64,000 nt of DNA from an uncultured virus (IMG/VR IMGVR_UViG_2513020035_000002) (IMGVR_UViG_2513020035_000002); one strand, 5' to 3'; shown: positions 52,001 to 62,865, counted from the stretch's first letter. Numbers and translations are program-made. The notes: a model not told the origin generated them from the letters alone.

Positions 52001-55000
52001 CCTGCCTTGGTTATGTTCCGGGCGGCGGCTCCCTGATTCAGACCAAGTATATAACGATGGACGGCAAACTGGGTGATTTGTATCTTTATTACATGATGGC
52101 CTGGAACTCCTATATGGAATGGGCACAGGCGTTCAAGAACTACCTTGTCCGTCTGACCGATACAGAGGTAATGGTGAAGGAATACGCCTTTGAGGACATC
52201 CTTAAAAGCCAGACAGCCGAGGGTAGTACCCAAAGCCGCCCGTCGGCTGCCGAAATCTATTCACGCGGTATGCCTTACATTGTCGAATGCCCCTATGAAG
52301 GCTCCGATATAGAAGCACTGGACGGCACCACTTCCACCAGTACGAAGATATACATCACGCTCTATTACTTTGACCCCGAACGCCCGTGGCGTAACTTCAA
52401 GGCCGTGAGTGTCCAAGCCCGCAACCAGGGAACCACCTCTGCCAAACGCCCGGTAAAGAATAAACGCTACTACCTCGCCAAGAGCAAAGGCAAAAACAAG
52501 GACACTCGAATCATACTACTTAATCCGGACGATACGACGGAGGAAGGACGCCGTGCAATAGCCTTGGCTGCCATCAACAAGGTACAGGTCGGTGATAATA
52601 CAATCCCGGTCGATGTCATTACCGTAAAAGTCGATTACTCCGATTCCGGTAATGCGAACGACTGCGGCGCCTGTGAAATGATGAACGTTACATACCGTGC
52701 CTTAGGTGGTAACTATATGACACCTGTCCAACGTGCATTTGACGGAACATTTGACAGCGGTGACTTGCATATCGAAGACTTGCAGATGAACCACTCTACC
52801 GCCAATCACCCGGTAGCCACCTATCGGTGTAAGGATGACAGCCTGCAAAACGTCTATTTCCATGCCAAAGGCAACTGGAAAGAAGACAAAGGGGAACAGT
52901 TCGCCCTCGGCTTCAAAGATACCCCCGGCTATAACAAAGGTTGCCTGAATTATGGTGACTTCATAGAGTTCTTCGGTACTCCTGACGAAACTTTAGACGC
53001 AATTGAGATACGCTTCAAACAGACTGACGGACTCGATACGGACAGCGTGTACCTGCTTTCCCTGTATTGCGGTAGTTCGTACCGGATAATGAGGTATCAG
53101 GACAGCTCATGGAAAAAGCAGTCCGGTTCCATGAAGTATGAAAACGGCAAATGGAATGTCACCGGTGACGTCCTGAATCCGGTTGAAGGTTTCGAACTTC
53201 TTAACTACCAAGGTATGGACTGGTTTCAGGGCGTTGGTTCTGTTCAGGATATGATGGCCATGAAAACGGACAAGTCCTCATGGGTTCAAAAACTCGTGGA
53301 TAACGGAACTATCTCTGCTGATACCTTCCCGGCATGGACTTACTACTTTGAATCGCTTGTCGATGATGACCAGCTCGCCATTGATTACGCTTTGGGTAAG
53401 AAAGTGCCCTATAACCTCTACCGATGGTTGCGCTTCTGTGATTCCTGCGATTACTCCAAAGGCGGAAACTGGCAAAGAACATGGAAGGAAAACCTGTATA
53501 AATACGCCTGCCCAGAAAGTGTCTTGAGTTATGACATCTTCACCGACTACCTTGCCGCCACTGACCAACGCGCCAAGAATATGCAGCCGATGTGGTTCTT
53601 GGAAGAGTATGCTTCCGTAACAGACGGTGTGTACAGCTCCGAGGATGCCATGCGCATGTACCTGAATAAAATCTATGACTGCGATACGCTCAATAGCAAG
53701 GACAACGACGGTGGTTGCACGGTTGATGCCGAGGTGGACCCCAACCGGACGAGCGATGAAACATTCACTAACCCTTATGCTGGCTACGGCTCCGTTCTGT
53801 TTAATAACATCTATCTCCAGCAAGTAGTGTGGACTGACTCATCCGGTACGGAACTCTCCCTGCGTACCGTTGCCGCCGCCATGCGTAACGTTCAGGCGAC
53901 CATTGACGGCGTCACCCTGCACCCGTTCTCACCCGAAGGAGCTACGCATTTCTTCATTGACAAACGGCTCAAAAAATGGCAGAAACTGGTTAGTTCTTAC
54001 GACGGTGAACGGAAATACATCTCCTATACTGCCACCTCTGATGCTATTTACTTCTATGCCCTGCAAGGTCTTGGACTTACCGCCCTTCCGTCTTTCATCG
54101 AAAGACGTTGGCGTATTCGTGACGGCTATTTCCAAACTGGTGATTTCTTCAGCGGTGTAATTTCCGGGCGCGTATCTTCCAAATCAAACGCCACCATCCG
54201 GATTGTCGCTGCTAAAAACGGTTACTTCGGTGTCGGCAATGACGCTAGCGGCAACCTTTCCGAAAGCTGCTTCCTTGAAGCGGGCGAAGAATATGTATTC
54301 ACCAACTTCTCACATGAGGAAGGCGCCTTGCTGTATATCTATCAGGCTGACCGCATGAAGCTGCTCGACCTGTCTGAAATCTCCCTGTCAAGTACGGTGA
54401 GCTTCTCCGCCATGCAACTTGTGGAAACCCTTATCTTAGGCTCTGACACCCATACAGAACAATCCATCGGTTCTTACGCACCGCTTACCTCGCTGAACTG
54501 CGGCGAAATGCCCTTCCTCGTATCACTCGATATCCGGAACACACAAATCGCTACGCTCGTTACCGACAAATGCCCACGTATCGCCCATATCAATGCGTCC
54601 GGTAGCAAACTGGAGAACATCACTCTTGCAGAGACTTCTCCGATTAATGACATCTCTCTTCCACCAACAATGACAAGCCTCCGTTTTGTCGGTCTTCCTG
54701 AACTGACCTATACCGGTCTTTCCGCCCCGTCCGGCCTGCATATAGAATCCATGCCGAACGTCCAACGCCTGCGTCTTGAAACGTCGCCTCAACTTGACGC
54801 CATTCAGATGCTCCGTGACGTCCTCGCTTCACAAGCGGCATCCCGTAAACTTTCCATGCTCCGTATCTCGAACATGACCCTGAAGGCTGACGGCTCCGAG
54901 CTTCTTGCCATTCTCGAATATGGAGTTGCCGGAATGGATGAGGACGGCAACAGACAGGATAAACCGGTAGTCAACGGCACGTATGAACTGACAGTTATCC

Positions 55001-55251
55001 GTGAAACGGATGAAATCGAATCCCTTGAATCCGGTATTGACGGCCTTGTCATCCTTACCGTCATAGATGCCTACATCGACCTGATCAACTGGTTCAATAA
55101 TGAGTCTTATGGCGGAGAACCGTACTACGATAACGTAACGCTGGACAACATCAATGAAGTCCTTGAATATTATAACGGCGAAACCTACGAAGAATATCTC
55201 GAACGCTTCGCTGAAGACAATATGGATATTAATGATTTAATCAACAAGTAA
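49038..55251 (+). CDS. giant tail fibre/adhesin (~2000 aa) with LamG-like, CotH-kinase-like and LRR regions
   Basis: Start MTETEK joined across an N run; LPSATLEQAGLLSAEDK, MKLFLNGEE, DQRAKN...YDCD, LxxLxL repeats. Confidence 0.75.
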
Positions 55252-55253
55252 CT

Positions 55254-56042
55254 ATGACGAATGAACAAAGCGCAACGCTGCTTCGCTTGAATAAACAGGC
55301 ACAAGTGGCAGCACTGAACGCCGTGGGCTTCTCGGATGTCACCGAGAATTCCCGCGCATCTGAATTTGGACAACGTATCAAGTGGGCCGCCGGTCTGCTT
55401 GATCTGCATCTTGCCTGTAATCGTATTTCGGATAACTCCAAGGCATACTTTACTGCTGCCGAATGGAACTCCCTTACGCTCGCTAATAAGCAACTGTATA
55501 TCAAACGCGGGCTTCGTATCCGTGCCCATGGACACTCCTTCGTAATCGCCGCCCAGGAGTGCTATAATGCCGATATGACTACTACCTTCTATTGGGGCGG
55601 TCAGGGTAAAGCCATAGACGGCCTGAACCAAAAAGGACTGGGTGCCATGTACGGCTGCTTCACGGGTGAGGAAGATACCGACCTGATTATCACTACCCTG
55701 AAAGAGCAAAACAATAGCGGTGTAATCGGTGCGCCGGCTGCCGAAGCCGCCCGTGCATACCGTGCCTACACTTTGGAAAGTGACGGTATCGAGGATGAAT
55801 CCAACTGGTTCCTTCCTTCATCCGGCCAAATGCTTCTGATGTACCGCTATCGCGATAAAATCAATGAGATGATGCGTACCTTTTGGAGTAGTGATAGTAT
55901 GCTGATGACTGATAAATACTACTGGTCATCAACAATTTGGGATACTAACTCCGCCTGGACATTCGAACTGAATACCGGGCGTATTACGAATCAAAACAAA
56001 AATTCAGCCCTTCTTCATGTGAGAGCTGTTGCTTCCGAATAG
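55254..56042 (+). CDS. CLec-fold receptor-binding paralogue
   Basis: WFLPSSGQM, YWSST, VRAV; clearly paralogous to the next gene. Confidence 0.8.
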   Translation: MTNEQSATLLRLNKQAQVAALNAVGFSDVTENSRASEFGQRIKWAAGLLDLHLACNRISDNSKAYFTAAEWNSLTLANKQLYIKRGLRIRAHGHSFVIAAQECYNADMTTTFYWGGQGKAIDGLNQKGLGAMYGCFTGEEDTDLIITTLKEQNNSGVIGAPAAEAARAYRAYTLESDGIEDESNWFLPSSGQMLLMYRYRDKINEMMRTFWSSDSMLMTDKYYWSSTIWDTNSAWTFELNTGRITNQNKNSALLHVRAVASE

Positions 56043-56067
56043 TATTAACTTAATATTATACAATAAA

Positions 56068-56911
56068 ATGGATAAGAATATCGCCAGCGCCATGCTTCTG
56101 CGCCTGAATAAACAAGACCAAATAGAAGCTTTAAAGTCAATAGGTTTTACAACTGTAAATGAAAACACCCCCGCAAGCGACATCGCCAAATATATGCAAT
56201 GGGCAGGTACGCTTCTTGACCTTTCTTTGGCTACTCTCCGAATTGAAGACGGTGAACAAGTCTTTTTCACGGCTTCCGAATGGAACTCCATGAGCGCAAA
56301 TAACCGCTCCAAGTATATCCGTATTGGCATCCGACTTCGTGCCGAATGCCACCAGTTCATTATCGCCAAAAGTGACTGCGTTGACGCAGGCGGCAACAAA
56401 ACGTTCAAATGGGGTGGCTACGGAACCGACCTACGCGGCCTGAAAAACTACGGTAGTGGTAACCAAGAACTCTATGATACCTTCGACGGCAAAGAAAATA
56501 CCGATGTTATAATAGAAACCCTTGCAGGCGTCAAGGACACCCAGGGAACTGTCGGCGCCCCTGCCGCCGAAGCTGCCAGAGCCTATAAAGCCTGTACGCT
56601 TGAATCTGACGGAATTGAAGATACAACCGTGTGGAACCTGCCCGCACTGGGTGAACTTATGCTTATGGCCAAGTATAAAACCGAAATCAATGAGCTCATA
56701 ACTTCTATGTTTGGCAATCAAAATATATTTACAAACGACTGGTATTGGTCTAGTACCGAATATGACGCTTCCAGCAGTTGGTACGTGTACTTCATCGGCG
56801 GCTACGTCAACACGTACTACCGCCAGTACGCGTACCGGGTTCNNNNNNNNNNNNNNNNNNNNNNNNNNNNNNNNNNGTCCCCTCGCCGCAATAAACACTT
56901 TATCCCTTTAA
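56068..56911 (+). CDS. DGR target protein (CLec fold, C-terminal VR)
   Basis: WNLPALGEL, YWSSTE; removing the Ns gives RVRPLAAINTLSL*. Confidence 0.88.
56767..56890 (+). repeat. DGR variable repeat (VR)
   Basis: Differs from the TR only at TR adenines (10 mismatches). Confidence 0.95.
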
Positions 56912-56940
56912 TTCTTTATCCCTTAGAGGGTTAGCTAAAT

Positions 56941-56962
56941 AAAAGCCCCGGTAGGGGCTTTT
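56941..56962 (+). promoter_or_regulatory. DGR target hairpin and/or terminator
   Basis: AAAAGCCCC-GGTA-GGGGCTTTT with a GRNA-type loop, downstream of the VR. Confidence 0.75.
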
Positions 56963-57065
56963 TAGTTTCACTTTTTTGTGCTAAAATTGTGTTAATTGCT
57001 TTACAGTTATTNNNNNNNNNNCTTTGTGTCCTCTAATACATACATTAAAATATTGAAAAATTAAC

Positions 57066-57473
57066 ATGGCACTTACACAAGACCTTCCTATATCAAATTC
57101 GATGTATAAGCTTCTGAACCTTATCATTGATGCCCGGCAACAATTCCCCAAGGCGTTCCGGTATGAATTTGGTACGGAGTTGATGATGCTTGCCGTCCAT
57201 TGTTGCGAATATATCCGTTATGCAAATACAGATATGAACCTTGAGCACCGTGCAGATTATCTGATGAAGTTTTTGTGTGAGTTTGATGCATTGAAATTAC
57301 TGCTAAGAGTGTGTGAAGAACGACATTTGACCAGCCTGACTCAAACTGCCGAAATCTGTCTGCTTGCAGAGAGCATCGGTAAGCAAAGTACCGGTTGGTA
57401 CAAAAAAACGGTTGCAGATCTCCAACGGCAAAAAGCTAACGGATCGCAACAAGTCGCAAAGCCGGAGTCATAA
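57066..57473 (+). CDS. avd: DGR accessory protein (Avd-like four-helix bundle)
   Basis: DLPI...FPKAFRYEFG...IGKQSTGW; lies between VR and TR. Confidence 0.85.
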   Translation: MALTQDLPISNSMYKLLNLIIDARQQFPKAFRYEFGTELMMLAVHCCEYIRYANTDMNLEHRADYLMKFLCEFDALKLLLRVCEERHLTSLTQTAEICLLAESIGKQSTGWYKKTVADLQRQKANGSQQVAKPES

Positions 57474-57487
57474 TCGCCAAGGGGATT

Positions 57488-58942
57488 ATGAGTGAGCAAT
57501 TAGAATTATTTATTGGGCATCCCCCCGGTGATGAGCCGGGAAAGACTAAGATAGCGGATGCAACGGCTTCCAGCAGTTGGAACGTGAACTTCAACAACGG
57601 CAACGTCAACACGAACAACCGCCAGAACGCGAACCGGGNNNNNNNNNNNNNNNNNNNNNNNNNNNNNNNNNNTCGTCCCCTCGCCGCAACAGGTAATATA
57701 ATCTATGACATACTTCTTAGCAGTATTTTCGAAGCATCCGAAGATTGTGCCAGGCAGAAAAGAACGAGTACGGATTGTGTTGAGTTTTATAATGATTATC
57801 AGTCCGCATTGGTGCGGCTATGGTATTCTATTATTTACGGTGAATATGTACCGGACTTTTCAAAAGTATTCATACGGACTTACCCGGTATATCGGGAGGT
57901 TTTTGCCGCCGCTTTCATTGATCGTGTTGTCCATCACTGGATCGCTCTTCGTATCGAGCCGATTTTAGAGGAACGTTTTCGGGAACAAGGGAACGTCTCG
58001 AAGAACTGCCGGAAAGGTGAGGGATGTCTGTCTGCCGTGCACTATCTGAATAACATGATAGTCGAGGTCAGTGAGAATTATACTGCCGATGCGTACATTT
58101 TCAAAGATGACCTGTTCAGTTTCTTCATGTCTATCTCGAAATCGTTGGTATGGGAAATGCTGAACATATTCGTAAGGGACAATTATAAAGGCGATGATAT
58201 TGAATGTCTGCTTTACCTTCTAGCCGTTACTATCTTTCATTGTCCACAAAATAAGTGTATCAGACGCTCTCCCGTCTCCATGTGGGACAAACTTCCCAGT
58301 AATAAAAGTCTGTTTCATAATGACCCTGACAGGGGAGTGGCTATCGGGAACCTGCCGTCACAACTCATAGCTAACTTCTTGGCGTCTGTTTTCGATTATT
58401 ATGTAATGGTGATGTTAGGATTCAGGCATTATGTACGCTTTGTTGATGACTTTTGTATTGTGGTGAAATCTCCGGAAGAAATATTGTCCAAAGTCCATCT
58501 TCTTGATGGTTTCCTGAAAGAACAACTCCTTTTACGGTTGCATCCACGCAAACTGTATCTTCAGCATTATAAAAAAGGAGTCTTGTTTGTAGGGGCGTTC
58601 ATTTTGCCTAGTAGAATTTATGTATCTAACAGGGTGGTTGGTAACACATATAACGCTGTCAGGAAATTTAATAAAATAGCTGAAAATGGATTTGCAGAAG
58701 CGTATGTTGAGAAATTTGTGAGTACAATGAATTCTTATTATGGCTTGATGAAACACTTTGCAACGTACAATATCCGCCGTAGAATTGCAGCGATGTTACT
58801 TCCTGAATGGTGGGAATATGTTTATATCGAAGGACATTTTGAAAAGTTTGTATTGAAGAATAAATATAACCATAGAAAACAACTAATTAAACATATCAAA
58901 AAACATGGATCAAAAAAATATCTTACCGCGTGGGATTGCTAA
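57488..58942 (+). CDS. DGR reverse transcriptase
   Basis: FIDRVVHH, GVAIGNLPSQLIAN, YVRFVDDF. Confidence 0.95.
   Translation: MSEQLELFIGHPPGDEPGKTKIADATASSSWNVNFNNGNVNTNNRQNANRXXXXXXXXXXXXRPLAATGNIIYDILLSSIFEASEDCARQKRTSTDCVEFYNDYQSALVRLWYSIIYGEYVPDFSKVFIRTYPVYREVFAAAFIDRVVHHWIALRIEPILEERFREQGNVSKNCRKGEGCLSAVHYLNNMIVEVSENYTADAYIFKDDLFSFFMSISKSLVWEMLNIFVRDNYKGDDIECLLYLLAVTIFHCPQNKCIRRSPVSMWDKLPSNKSLFHNDPDRGVAIGNLPSQLIANFLASVFDYYVMVMLGFRHYVRFVDDFCIVVKSPEEILSKVHLLDGFLKEQLLLRLHPRKLYLQHYKKGVLFVGAFILPSRIYVSNRVVGNTYNAVRKFNKIAENGFAEAYVEKFVSTMNSYYGLMKHFATYNIRRRIAAMLLPEWWEYVYIEGHFEKFVLKNKYNHRKQLIKHIKKHGSKKYLTAWDC
57566..57688 (+). repeat. DGR template repeat (TR)
   Basis: Copy of the VR with ten AAC codons. 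Confidence 0.95.
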
Positions 58943-59183
58943 GCCTATCGAGCAACAGTCGGACGGAACCTGGATTGTGCGTCATCACTTCCGGGTGGTT
59001 GGTACCAGTGAGAATGGTGAGGAACTGGTAACTTTTGCCAGTTCGGAATATCCCGAGAAACCTACCTTGCAACAGATTCAAAGAAGTATTAACCGTTATC
59101 GGGTGTGTCTTACAATGTATGGAGATACGATTTCAGACGAAATAGAAAAGGTTGATCTTTCCGTGTATATGTTTACGGATTAA
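58905..59183 (+). CDS. hypothetical protein
   Basis: 92 aa ORF overlapping the RT end. Confidence 0.65.
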   Translation: MDQKNILPRGIAKPIEQQSDGTWIVRHHFRVVGTSENGEELVTFASSEYPEKPTLQQIQRSINRYRVCLTMYGDTISDEIEKVDLSVYMFTD

Positions 59184-59206
59184 TAGTTCAATCTGTTGGT
59201 TGTTTT

Positions 59207-59234
59207 AGGGGTGCTTTTCAAGCATCCCTTTTTT
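59207..59234 (+). terminator. intrinsic terminator
   Basis: AGGGGTGCTT-ttc-AAGCATCCCT plus T tract. Confidence 0.75.
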
Positions 59235-59305
59235 ATTTATGGAAAAAGTGAAAATTATAATGTCTTGTTTNNNNNNNNNNTATAGATATTTATCATAGAA
59301 TTGAT

Positions 59306-59356
59306 TTCCAAGATTTTCCATTTTTGTAAAACTCGTTATTATACTCAATACATTTG
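59306..59356 (+). promoter_or_regulatory. late-type promoter, copy C
   Basis: CAAGATTTT...GTAAAAC...TACATTTG. Confidence 0.6.
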
Positions 59357-59391
59357 TTCCATACAGAATATTTTATTAATAATTAAACGCT

Positions 59392-59716
59392 ATGAGTATG
59401 GGTATAAAAGTATTGTATGATTGGATTTTGCAATCTAATCGACCGGCACACGTCAAAGCCGGGATGTTCGTCTTTGTTGTAATGCTTGTTTTCTGTTTCC
59501 TTCNNNNNNNNNNNNNNNNNNNNNNNNNNNNNNNTATTAGGCATTGATTTCTGTAAATCTGCTATTGTTTCTTTTACGACAACCGCCATTGCCGCAATAG
59601 TGGTTGAGTACATTCAGAAAAAGTGCGGGTTCATCTTTGATTGGCTTGACGCATTAGCTACTGTTTTGCTTCCTGGGCTGATTACTGTGTTTTCAATATT
59701 GGTAGTAACTTTATGA
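59392..59716 (+). CDS. membrane protein of the lysis cassette, split by Ns
   Basis: Multiple TM segments; FDWLDALAT. Confidence 0.65.
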
Positions 59717-60281
59717 TTAATATTATGAGATGGTTATATGAGCTATTTAATGTAGACCAGATACGAATTATTTTCGTTTCGATGTTCAGTTCTCTTCTTG
59801 CTTATTTAACGCCGACTAAAGGTTTTCTTATAGCATTAGTTGTAATGTTTGGATTTAATATTTGGTGCGGAATGAGGGCTGATGGTGTTTCAATTATACG
59901 TTGTAAAAACTTTAAGTGGGATANNNNNNNNNNNNNNNNNNNNNNNNNNNNNNNNNNNNNNNNNAGTTTAAAAATGCCTTGGTTGAACTTCTTCTCTATC
60001 TTATAATCATTGAGGTAGTCTTCTCCTTTATGAGCTTGATAGGAGACGGTGAGAACTCATTGTTAGTTATTAAGACTATTACGTATGTATTTTCTTATGT
60101 ATATCTTCAGAACGCATTTAAGAATCTGATTATTGCTTATCCTAGAAACAAAGGGTTTCGTATAATTTATCATGTAATACGTTTTGAATTTAAGCGGGCT
60201 ACGCCTACGCACGTACAAGGAATTATTGATAGAATCGAAAACGAACTAGATAAAGAGGAAAGATATGAAAATATTGATTGA
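59713..60281 (+). CDS. putative holin, split by Ns
   Basis: Several TM segments immediately before the endolysin. Confidence 0.7.
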
Positions 60282-60843
60282 TAACGGTCACGGTAGTAAT
60301 ACTCCGGGTAAGTGTTCTCCAGATGGCAGGTTAAGGGAATACTCTTATACCCGTGAAATTGCTGGGCGTGTAGTATTTGAATTGCGTAAATTAGGTATTG
60401 ATGCGGAACTGGTCGTGAAAGAGGAAATAGATGTTCCTTTGTCAGAACGTTGTAGGCGAGTGAATGAATATAAGACTTCTGAAGCAATTCTTATTTCTAT
60501 CCATTGCAATGCAGCCGGTAATGGTTCAATTTGGATGCAAGCACGTGGTTGGGAAGCATGGACCAGTGTGGGGCAGACAAAAGCCGATAAGCTGGCTGAT
60601 TATCTGTATGGGGCTGCTGAAGAATGCTTGCCTGGAATGAAGATACGGAAAGATATGGCAGATGGCGATCCTGATAAGGAGAGTAGTTTTTATATCTTGA
60701 AGCATACGAAGTGTCCGGCTGTTCTGACAGAAAATTTGTTTCAGGATAACAGGGAAGATGTGGATTTCCTGCTGTCAGAGGAGGGGAAACGGACTATTGT
60801 TTCTCTTCATGTGAAAGGCATTTGTAAATATCTAGGCATATGA
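60265..60843 (+). CDS. N-acetylmuramoyl-L-alanine amidase (endolysin)
   Basis: ILIDNGHG, LRE, ISIHCNA, PAVLTE. Confidence 0.93.
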   Translation: MKILIDNGHGSNTPGKCSPDGRLREYSYTREIAGRVVFELRKLGIDAELVVKEEIDVPLSERCRRVNEYKTSEAILISIHCNAAGNGSIWMQARGWEAWTSVGQTKADKLADYLYGAAEECLPGMKIRKDMADGDPDKESSFYILKHTKCPAVLTENLFQDNREDVDFLLSEEGKRTIVSLHVKGICKYLGI

Positions 60844-61310
60844 AGTCGCTTCCGTGGATATTAGTCTGTCTATTGTTGGGTATGATCGTGTGGATGCGTT
60901 GTAATCCGCACGATCCGTCAACGGTGTACATTAAGGGAGATACTGTACATATTCGGGACACATTAAGGGACACAATACTCCAACCGGTAAAAGAAACTCT
61001 GAAACGTATCGATACGGTATATTTACCGATCATGATAGATATTACCACCGACAGAACCGTAGAAGGAGATTCTATTCCGGTACTTGTACCGATTACAAGT
61101 AAAGAGTATAAGACCGATGATTACCGGGCGGTAGTCAGTGGATATAAGCCCAGTCTTGATTCCATGGAAATATACAGAGACAAGGGATTTATTACTCTTA
61201 CTCCTTTACAGAAAAAGAAACGTTTGGGATTAGGTTTACAGATTGGATATGGTTATCCAACAGGTGGATATATTGGGATTGGATTAAATTATAATTTATG
61301 GGAATGGTAA
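60840..61310 (+). CDS. spanin-like lysis accessory protein
   Basis: N-terminal TM and C-terminal Gly-rich beta strands; follows the endolysin. Confidence 0.55.
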   Translation: MKSLPWILVCLLLGMIVWMRCNPHDPSTVYIKGDTVHIRDTLRDTILQPVKETLKRIDTVYLPIMIDITTDRTVEGDSIPVLVPITSKEYKTDDYRAVVSGYKPSLDSMEIYRDKGFITLTPLQKKKRLGLGLQIGYGYPTGGYIGIGLNYNLWEW

Positions 61311-61425
61311 TAATTGTTATTAATTAATGAAAGCAAATTAATTTTCTTGTATATTTGTACCCAAATTTTTTGTTTAAATGGTTTTTTATTAGAAAAATGA
61401 TTTGATAGTATTTTAACGATATGTA

Positions 61426-62865
61426 ATGCAACGAAGTATATTAATTGGCAAGAGGAGGTTAATAATCCAAAGACTTGCTCTTAAAAGATATCGGCGCCGA
61501 GTCACAAGGAAAAAATATAAGAAGCGTAAAAAAAAGAGGGAGATAGAAGAATTTGAGAGAAATGCCCCCTATCGAGCTCTTGCAAAGGATGTAAAGTGTT
61601 ATCAAGATGCGATAAACCTTTTTTTACCTCGTAATTTAAGTTATATGATGACGAATGAAAAGTGCTTATTTTACTCGAAAAAGATAAAGAGGGGAAAGGT
61701 ACAGCATCAGTATATACTTGAGGTCCCAAGAGAGTTCTCTATTATAACTAACCCTGACGAAAGTTATTCGTTTTTACAAAAAATGATAGCTGCGTTTGTT
61801 TATCAAACATGTAATACACTATGGATTGATTATAAACATTGTATTAAAACGGATCTTCTAACACAAGTATTTCTAGATGCAATTTTGCTTGATATAGATA
61901 GATATCATCAACTTTGTAAGAAGGCAAATTTGTATAAATATATAAATTGGGGAGCTGTTGGTGGAAAGAACTATAATGATGAGAAAATATGTAGAATGGT
62001 TAATTCTGTTGGATCTCCCACTGTTCTTATTAATAGAAAAGTGTCTTATAAAGAAATTGTGCCTTTTAGATTGCACTGTTTCGATGGTATGAATGTTTCA
62101 TCTCAGACAAGATTGGTTCAAAAAGAGATTGATACAACCAACGTGATTGAATATGTGAATAAATGTTTGGAAAGAGTTAATAAGACTCTTAATTCTAAGG
62201 CTTTACGAGAAATGGGATATGTTGTAGGCGAAACTTTAATAAATGCTGAAGAACATTCTAGTCTTAATTATCGTTATATGATTGGATACTTCGAGGAATG
62301 TAATGATGATAGCAAACATTATGGCGTTTTTAATCTTGTTATTATGAATTTTGGTCAGTCGATTTATGAAAAGTTTAAATACCCAATCGATGAGGTAAAA
62401 CTAAACACTGAATGTCTTTCAAGGATGCAAGAACTTTCGGATGCTTTTACTAAGAAACGTTGGTTTAGGACTGCAGAGTTCACTGAAGAAACTTTATGGA
62501 CATTGTATTCCTTACAACAAGGGGTAACTAGTGTACCCAATCAGGAACGTGGTAATGGTACTATTCAGTTTATTGAAAGTTTTTTTAAGTTGAAGGGAAA
62601 TAAAGATGTAGATGATGTGTCTCGTATGTATATTCTTTCTGGAAATTCTATCATAGAATTTGACGGGACTTATAGATTGTCTGATTTGAAAGATGATAAT
62701 GGAGTGCCTCGTGGAATAATATCATTTAATTCTTCTGGTTCTTTATTGGATAAGCCTGATACTAGATATGTAAGGAGCGTGAATCAGTATTTTCCAGGTA
62801 CAGCCATTTTTATTCGAATATTGTTAAATGAAGATGATATAAGAAATGAAAACAAATATAATTAA
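61426..62865 (+). CDS. GHKL (HATPase_c-like) ATPase/kinase
   Basis: GETLINAEEHS (N box), NFGQSI (G1), GVTS...RGNG (G2), FPGT (G3); TATATTTG at 61350-61357. Confidence 0.75.
   Translation: MQRSILIGKRRLIIQRLALKRYRRRVTRKKYKKRKKKREIEEFERNAPYRALAKDVKCYQDAINLFLPRNLSYMMTNEKCLFYSKKIKRGKVQHQYILEVPREFSIITNPDESYSFLQKMIAAFVYQTCNTLWIDYKHCIKTDLLTQVFLDAILLDIDRYHQLCKKANLYKYINWGAVGGKNYNDEKICRMVNSVGSPTVLINRKVSYKEIVPFRLHCFDGMNVSSQTRLVQKEIDTTNVIEYVNKCLERVNKTLNSKALREMGYVVGETLINAEEHSSLNYRYMIGYFEECNDDSKHYGVFNLVIMNFGQSIYEKFKYPIDEVKLNTECLSRMQELSDAFTKKRWFRTAEFTEETLWTLYSLQQGVTSVPNQERGNGTIQFIESFFKLKGNKDVDDVSRMYILSGNSIIEFDGTYRLSDLKDDNGVPRGIISFNSSGSLLDKPDTRYVRSVNQYFPGTAIFIRILLNEDDIRNENKYN

Noticed and set aside
49551..55709. 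Numerous antisense ORFs within the tail gene
   Set aside because: Shadow ORFs of a higher-GC coding region.
56898..56924. CTTTATCCCTT direct repeat after the VR
   Set aside because: Real, but no function can be supported beyond its proximity to the DGR hairpin.
57488..58942. RT as a group II intron or retron
   Set aside because: The TR/VR pair with adenine-only mismatches and the avd gene identify a DGR.
1216..59964. Apparent frameshifts or split genes at N runs (ParB, MTase, AbiH, protease, tape measure, holin, VR)
   Set aside because: Flanks rejoin into sensible reading frames; these are assembly or consensus gaps, not programmed frameshifts.
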